Shown in pieces: positions 56,549 to 64,000 of a stretch of DNA of 64,000 bases; the first letter of the stretch is position 1, and the number at the start of each line of letters is the position of its first letter. The stretch comes from Balanoglossus misakiensis. Taxonomy: Eukaryota > Animalia > Hemichordata. The notes under the pieces are model-generated. The model searched no databases and was not told where the DNA came from. It was given only the letters and a program-made list of their open reading frames with translations. The position numbers and the translations under genes were made by a program. The DNA is taken from positions 6,560,301 through 6,624,300 of the forward strand of contig CM082577.2 of the NCBI GenBank assembly GCA_040954595.2. Reading direction: 5' to 3'.

Positions 56549-59500
56549 TATCAAAATTCGGCAAGTCGAAAATTCGTCATTTTTTGAAAAAAATCATGAT
56601 GTATAACCCATGAAAAATGTTCAAAAAGGCCCAAAATATCAAAATTCGGCAAGTCGAAATTTGGTCATTTTTTGAAAAAAATCATGATGTATAACCCATG
56701 AAAAATGTTCAAAAAGGCCGAAAATATCAAAATTCGGCAAGTCGAAAATTTGTCATTTTTTGGAAAAAATCATGATGTATAACCCATGAAAAATGTTCAA
56801 AAAGGCCGAAAATATCAAAATTCGGCAAGTCGAAAATTTGTCATTTTTTGGAAAAAATCATGATGTATAACCCATGAAAAATGTTCAAAAAGGCCGAAAA
56901 TATCAAAATTCGGCAAGTCGAAAATTGGTCATTTTTTTGAAAAAAATCATGATGTATAACCCATGAAAAATGTTCAAAAAGGCCGAAAATATCAAAATTC
57001 GGCAAGTCGAAAATTGGTCGTTTTTTGAAAAAAAATCATGATGTATAACCCATGAAAAATGTTCAAAAAGGCCGAAAATATCAAAATTCGGCAAGTCGAA
57101 AATTGGTCGTTTTTTGAAAAAAATCATGATGTATAACCCATGAAAAATGTTCAAAAAGGCCGAAAATATCAAAATTCGGCAAGTCGAAAATTTTTCGTTT
57201 TTTGAAAAAAATCATGATGTATAACCCATGAAAAATGTTCAAAAAGGCCGAAAATATCAAAATTCGGCAAGTCGAAAATTGGTCGTTTTTTGAAAAAAAT
57301 CATGATGTATAACCCATGAAAAATGTTCAAAAAGGCCGAAAATATCAAAATTCGGCAAGTCGAAAATTGGTCGTTTTTTGAAAAAAATCATGATGTATAA
57401 CCCATGAAAAATGTTCAAAAAGGCCGAAAATATCAAAATTCACCAAGTCGAAAATTGGTCATTTTTTGAAAAAAATCATGATGTATAACCCATGAAAAAT
57501 GTTCAAAAAGGCCGAAAATATCAAAATTCGGCAAGTCGAAAATTGGTCATTTTTTGGAAAAAATCATGATGTATAACCCATGAAAAATGTTCAAAAAGGC
57601 CGAAAATATCAAAATTCGGCAAGTCGAAAATTGGTCGTTTTTTGAAAAAAATCATGATGTATAACCCATGAAAAATGTTCAAAAGGCCGAAAATATCAAA
57701 ATTCGGCAAGTCGAAAATTGGTCGTTTTTTGAAAAAAATCATGATGTATAACCCATGAAAAATGTTCAAAAAGGCCGAAAATATCAAAATTCGGCAAGTC
57801 GAAAATTGGTCGTTTTTTGAAAAAAATCATGATGTATAACCCATGAAAAATGTTCAAAAACGCCGAAAATATCAAAATTCGGCAAGTCGAAAATTGGTCG
57901 TTTTTTGAAAAAAATCATGATGTATAACCCATGAAAAATGTTCAAAAAGGCCGAAAATATCAAAATTCGGCAAGTCGAAAATTGGTCGTTTTTTGAAAAA
58001 ATCATGATGTATAACCCATGAAAAATGTTCAAAAAGGCCGAAAATATCAAAATTCGGCAAGTCGAAATTTGGTCGTTTTTTGAAAAAAATCATGATGTAT
58101 AACCCACGAAAAATGTTCAAAAAGGCCGAAAATATCAAAATTCGGCAAGTCGAAATTTGGTCGTTTTTTGAAAAAAATCATGATGTATAACCCACGAAAA
58201 ATGTTCAAAAAGGCCGAAAATATCAAAATTCGGCAAGTCGAAAATTGGTCGTTTTTTGAAAAAAATCATGATGTATAACCCATGAAAAATGTTCAAAAAG
58301 GCCGAAAATATCAAAATTCGGCAAGTCGAAAATTGGTCGTTTTTTGAAAAAAATCATGGTGTATAACCCATGAAAAATGTTCAAAAAGGCCGAAAATATC
58401 AAAATTCGGCAAGTCGAAAATTGTTCATTTTTTGAAAAAAATCATGATGTATAACCCATGAAAAATGTTCAAAAAGGCCGAAAATATCAAAATTCGGCAA
58501 GTCGAAATTTGGTCGTTTTTTGAAAAAAATCATGATGTATAACCCACGAAAAATGTTCAAAAAGGCCGAAAATATCAAAATTCGGCAAGTCGAAAATTGG
58601 TCGTTTTTTGAAAAAAATCATGATGTATAACCCACGAAAAATGTTCAAAAAGGCCGAAAATATCAAAATTCGGCAAGTCGAAAATTGGTCGTTTTTTGAA
58701 AAAAATCATGGTGTATAACCCATGAAAAATGTTCAAAAAGGCCGAAAATATCAAAATTCGGCAAGTCGAAAATTGTTCGTTTTTTGAAAAAATCATGATG
58801 TATAACCCATGAAAAATGTTCAAAAAGGCCGAAAATATCAAAATTCGGCAAGTCGAAAATTGGTCGTTTTTTGAAAAAAATCATGATGTATAACCCATGA
58901 AAAATGTTCAAAAAGGCCGAAAATATCAAAATTCGGCAAGTCGAAAATTGGTCGTTTTTTGAAAAAAATCATGATGTATAACCCATGAAAAATGTTCAAA
59001 AAGGCCGAAAATATCAAAATTCGGCAAGTCGAAAATTGTTCGTTTTTTGAAAAAATCATGATGTATAACCCATGAAAAATGTTCAAAAAGGCCGAAAATA
59101 TCAAAATTCGGCAAGTCGAAATTTGGTCGTTTTTTGAAAAAAATCATGATGTATAACCCACGAAAAATGTTCAAAAAGGCCGAAAATATCAAAATTCGGC
59201 AAGTCGAAATTTGGTCGTTTTTTGAAAAAAATCATGATGTATAACCCACGAAAAATGTTCAAAAAGGCCGAAAATATCAAAATTCGGCAAGTCGAAAATT
59301 GGTCGTTTTTTGAAAAAAATCATGATGTATAACCCATGAAAAATGTTCAAAAAGGCCGAAAATATCAAAATTCGGCAAGTCGAAATTTGGTCATTTTTTG
59401 AAAAAAATCATGATGTATAACCCATGAAAAATGTTCAAAAAGGCCGAAAATATCAAAATTCGGCAAGTCGAAATTTGGTCGTTTTTTGAAAAAAATCATG

Positions 59501-62500
59501 ATGTATAACCCACGAAAAATGTTCAAAAAGGCCGAAAATATCAAAATTCGGCAAGTCGAAAATTGGTCGTTTTTTGAAAAAAATCATGATGTATAACCCA
59601 CGAAAAATGTTCAAAAAGGCCGAAAATATCAAAATTCGGCAAGTCGAAAATTGGTCGTTTTTTGAAAAAAATCATGGTGTATAACCCATGAAAAATGTTC
59701 AAAAAGGCCGAAAATATCAAAATTCGGCAAGTCGAAAATTGTTCGTTTTTTGAAAAAATCATGATGTATAACCCATGAAAAATGTTCAAAAAGGCCGAAA
59801 ATATCAAAATTCGGCAAGTCGAAAATTGGTCGTTTTTTGAAAAAAATCATGATGTATAACCCATGAAAAATGTTCAAAAAGGCCGAAAATATCAAAATTC
59901 GGCAAGTCGAAATTTGGTCGTTTTTTGAAAAAAAATCATGATGTATAACCCATGAAAAATGTTCAAAAAGGCCGAAAATATCAAAATTCGGCAAGTCGAA
60001 ATTTGGTCGTTTTTTGAAAAAAATCATGACGTATAACCCATGAAAAATGTTCAAAAAGGCCGAAAATATCAAAATTCGGCAAGTCGAAAATTGGTCGTTT
60101 TTTGAAAAAAATCATGACGTATAACCCATGAAAAATGTTCAAAAAGGCCGAAAATATCAAAATTCGGCAAGTCGAAATTTGGTCGTTTTTTGAAAAAATC
60201 ATGATGTATAACCCATGAAAAATGTTCAAAAAGGCCGAAAATATCAAAATTCGGCAAGTCGAAATTTGGTCGTTTTTTGAAAAAAATCATGATGTATAAC
60301 CCATGAAAAATGTTCAAAAAGGCCGAAAATATCAAAATTCGGCAAGTCGAAAATTGGTCGTTTTTTGAAAAAAATCATGATGTATAACCCATGAAAAATG
60401 TTCAAAAAGGCCGAAAATATCAAAATTCGGCAAGTCGAAATTTGGTCGTTTTTTGAAAAAAATCATGATGTATAACCCATGAAAAATGTTCAAAAAGGCC
60501 GAAAATATCAAAATTCGGCAAGTCGAAATTTGGTCGTTTTTTGAAAAAAATCATGATGTATAACCCATGAAAAATGTTCAAAAAGGCCGAAAATATCAAA
60601 ATTCGGCAAGTCGAAATTTGGTCGTTTTTTGAAAAAAATCATGACGTATAACCCATGAAAAATGTTCAAAAAGGCCGAAAATATCAAAATTCGGCAAGTC
60701 GAAATTTGGTCGTTTTTTGAAAAAATCATGATGTATAACCCATGAAAAATGTTCAAAAAGGCCGAAAATATCAAAATTCGGCAAGTCGAAATTTGGTCGT
60801 TTTTTGAAAAAAATCATGATGTATAACCCATGAAAAATGTTCAAAAAGGCCGAAAATATCAAAATTCGGCAAGTCGAAAATTGGTCGTTTTTTGAGAAAA
60901 ATCATGATGTATAACCCATGAAAAATGTTCAAAAAGGCCGAAAATATCAAAATTCGGCAAGTCGAAATTTGGTCGTTTTTTGAAAAAAATCATGATGTAT
61001 AACCCATGAAAAATGTTCAAAAAGGCCGAAAATATCAAAATTCGGCAAGTCGAAATTTGGTCGTTTTTTGAAAAAAATCATGATGTATAACCCATGAAAA
61101 ATGTTCAAAAAGGCCGAAAATATCAAAATTCGGCAAGTCGTAAATTGGTCGTTTTTTGAAAAAAATCATGATGTATAACCCATGAAAAATGTTCAAAAAG
61201 GCCGAAAATATCAAAATTCGGCAAGTCAAAAATTGGTCGTTTTTTGAAAAAAATCATGATGTATAACCCATGAAAAATGTTCAAAAAGGCCGAAAATATC
61301 AAAATTCGGCAAGTCGAAAATTGGTCGTTTTTTGAAAAAAATCATGATGTATAACCCATGAAAAATGTTCAAAAAGGCCGAAAATATCAAAATTCGGCAA
61401 GTCGAAATTTGGTCGTTTTTTGAAAAAAATCATGACGTATAACCCATGAAAAATGTTCAAAAAGGCCGAAAATATCAAAATTCGGCAAGTCGAAAATTGT
61501 TCGTTTTTTGAAAAAAATCATGACGTATAACCCATGAAAAATGTTCAAAAAGGCCGAAAATATCAAAATTCGGCAAGTCGAAATTTGGTCGTTTTTTGAA
61601 AAAAATCATGATGTATAACCCATGAAAAATGTTCAAAAAGGCCGAAAATATCAAAATTCGGCAAGTCGAAATTTGGTCGTTTTTTGAAAAAAATCATGAT
61701 GTATAACCCATGAAAAATGTTCAAAAAGGCCGAAAATATCAAAATTCGGCAAGTCGTAAATTGGTCGTTTTTTGAAAAAAATCATGATGTATAACCCATG
61801 AAAAATGTTCAAAAAGGCCGAAAATATCAAAATTCGGCAAGTCAAAAATTGGTCGTTTTTTGAAAAAAATCATGATGTATAACCCATGAAAAATGTTCAA
61901 AAAGGCCGAAAATATCAAAATTCGGCAAGTCGAAATTTGGTCATTTTTTGAAAAAAATCATGACGTATAACCCATGAAAAATGTTCAAAAAGGCCGAAAA
62001 TATCAAAATTCGGCAAGTCGAAAATTGTTCGTTTTTTGAAAAAAATCATGACGTATAACCCATGAAAAATGTTCAAAAAGGCCGAAAATATCAAAATTCG
62101 GCAAGTCGAAAATTGGTCGTTTTTTGAAAAAAATCATGATGTATAACCCATGAAAAATGTTCAAAAAGGCCGAAAATATCAAAATTCGGCAAGTCGAAAT
62201 TTGGTCGTTTTTTGAAAAAAAATCATGATGTATAACCCATGAAAAATGTTCAAAAAGCCGAAAATATCAAAATTCGGCAAGTCGAAATATGGTCGTTTTT
62301 TGAAAAAAATCATGATGTATAACCCATGAAAAATGTTCAAAAAGGCCGAAAATATCAAAATTCGGCAAGTCGAAAATTGTTCGTTTTTTGAAAAAATCAT
62401 GATGTATAACCCATGAAAAATGTTCAAAAAGGCCGAAAATATCAAAATTCGGCAAGTCGTAAATTGGTCGTTTTTTGAAAAAAATCATGATGTACAACCC

Positions 62501-64000
62501 ATGAAAAATGTTCAAAAAGGCCGAAAATATCAAAATTCGGCAAGTCAAAAATTGGTCGTTTTTTGAAAAAAAATCATGATGTATAACCCATGAAAAATGT
62601 TCAAAAAGGCCGAAAATATCAAAATTCGGCAAGTCGAAAATTGGTCGTTTTTTGAAAAAAATCATGATGTATAACCCATGAAAAATGTTCAAAAAGGCCG
62701 AAAATATCAAAATTCGGCAAGTCGAAATTTGGTCGTTTTTTGAAAAAAAATCATGATGTATAACCCATGAAAAATGTTCAAAAAGGCCGAAAATATCAAA
62801 ATTCGGCAAGTCGAAATTTGGTCGTTTTTTGAAAAAAATCATGACGTATAACCCATGAAAAATGTTCAAAAAGGCCGAAAATATCAAAATTCGGCAAGTC
62901 GAAAATTGGTCGTTTTTTGAAAAAAATCATGACGTATAACCCATGAAAAATGTTCAAAAAGGCCGAAAATATCAAAATTCGGCAAGTCGAAAATTGTTCG
63001 TTTTTTGAAAAAATCATGATGTATAACCCAAGAAAAATGTTCAAAAAGGCCGAAAATATCAAAATTCGGCAAGTCGTAAATTGGTCGTTTTTTGAAAAAA
63101 ATCATGATGTACAACCCATGAAAAATGTTCAAAAAGGCCGAAAATATCAAAATTCGGCAAGTCAAAAATTGGTCGTTTTTTGAAAAAAATCATGATGTAT
63201 AACCCATGAAAAATGTTCAAAAAGGCCGAAAATATCAAAATTCGGCAAGTCGAAAATTGGTCGTTTTTTGAAAAAAATCATGATGTATAACCCATGAAAA
63301 ATGTTCAAAAAGGCCGAAAATATCAAAATTCGGCAAGTCGAAATTTGGTCGTTTTTTGAAAAAAAATCATGATGTATAACCCATGAAAAATGTTCAAAAA
63401 GGCCGAAAATATCAAAATTCGGCAAGTCGAAATTTGGTCGTTTTTTGAAAAAAATCATGATGTATAACCCATGAAAAATGTTCAAAAAGGCCGAAAATAT
63501 CAAAATTCGGCAAGTCGAAATTTGGTCGTTTTTTGAAAAAATCATGACGTATAACCCATGAAAAATGTTCAAAAAGGCCGAAAATATCAAAATTCGGCAA
63601 GTCGAAATTTGGTCGTTTTTTGAAAAAAATCATGATGTATAACCCATGAAAAATGTTCAAAAAGGCCGAAAATATCAAAATTCGGCAAGTCGAAATTTGG
63701 TCATTTTTTGAAAAAAATCATGATGTATAACCCATGAAAAATGTTCAAAAAGGCCGAAAATATCAAAATTCGGCAAGTCGAAAATTGGTCGTTTTTTGAA
63801 AAAAATCATGATGTATAACCCATGAAAAATGTTCAAAAAGGCCGAAAATATCAAAATTCGGCAAGTCGAAAATTGGTCGTTTTTTGAAAAAAATCATGAT
63901 GTATAACCCATGAAAAATGTTCAAAAAGGCCGAAAATATCAAAATTCGGCAAGTCGAAATTTGGTCGTTTTTTGAAAAAAAATCATGATGTATAACCCAT
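56549..64000. repeat. 88-bp tandem satellite array, about 85 copies, runs off the window end
   Basis: Unit AAAATATCAAAATTCGGCAAGTCGAAAATTGGTCGTTTTTTGAAAAAAATCATGATGTATAACCCATGAAAAATGTTCAAAAAGGCCG; copies differ by a few substitutions and +/-1 in A runs. Confidence 0.99.

Noticed and set aside
56903-63678. Many similar ORFs (MIFSAFLNIFHG...) on the - strand
   Set aside because: Translations of the 88-bp satellite; the unit is not a multiple of 3 and frames shift with A-run length.
56549-64000. CRISPR-like array
   Set aside because: Monomers are contiguous with no unique spacers, no cas genes are present, and the context is eukaryotic.

Overview
Eukaryotic, intron-rich, AT-rich animal DNA. 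Gene content and repeat types suggest an invertebrate, possibly a deuterostome; this is inference only. (1) A + strand lethal(2) giant larvae (Lgl/LLGL) polarity gene: I traced 20 phase-compatible coding exons from 13218 to the stop at 46036, about 1160 codons; the first exons appear to lie upstream of the window. (2) A 620-aa BTB-BACK gene with an uninterrupted ORF, nested antisense in an Lgl intron (29770-31632, -). (3) Two complete, divergently transcribed STING (TMEM173) paralogs with identical 5-coding-exon architecture (48038-50314, -, 381 aa; 53630-55919, +, 392 aa). Both lack the vertebrate TBK1/IRF3-recruiting tail and they differ around the cyclic-dinucleotide pocket. (4) Their 3.3-kb intergenic region holds a TATA box plus perfect kB site facing one gene, an IRF/AP-1/kB motif cluster beside the other, and a 1.18-kb non-autonomous DNA transposon (32-bp TIRs, 7-bp TSD) between them. 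(5) An 88-bp satellite array from 56549 to the window end with visible 7-8-mer higher-order blocks. Also present: a TA-flanked foldback MITE (26-451), a Helentron/HINE-like element (about 28137-29400) and TTAA-flanked piggyBac-like MITEs. Most short ORFs in the supplied track are spurious. All coordinates were read by hand and no database search was run.
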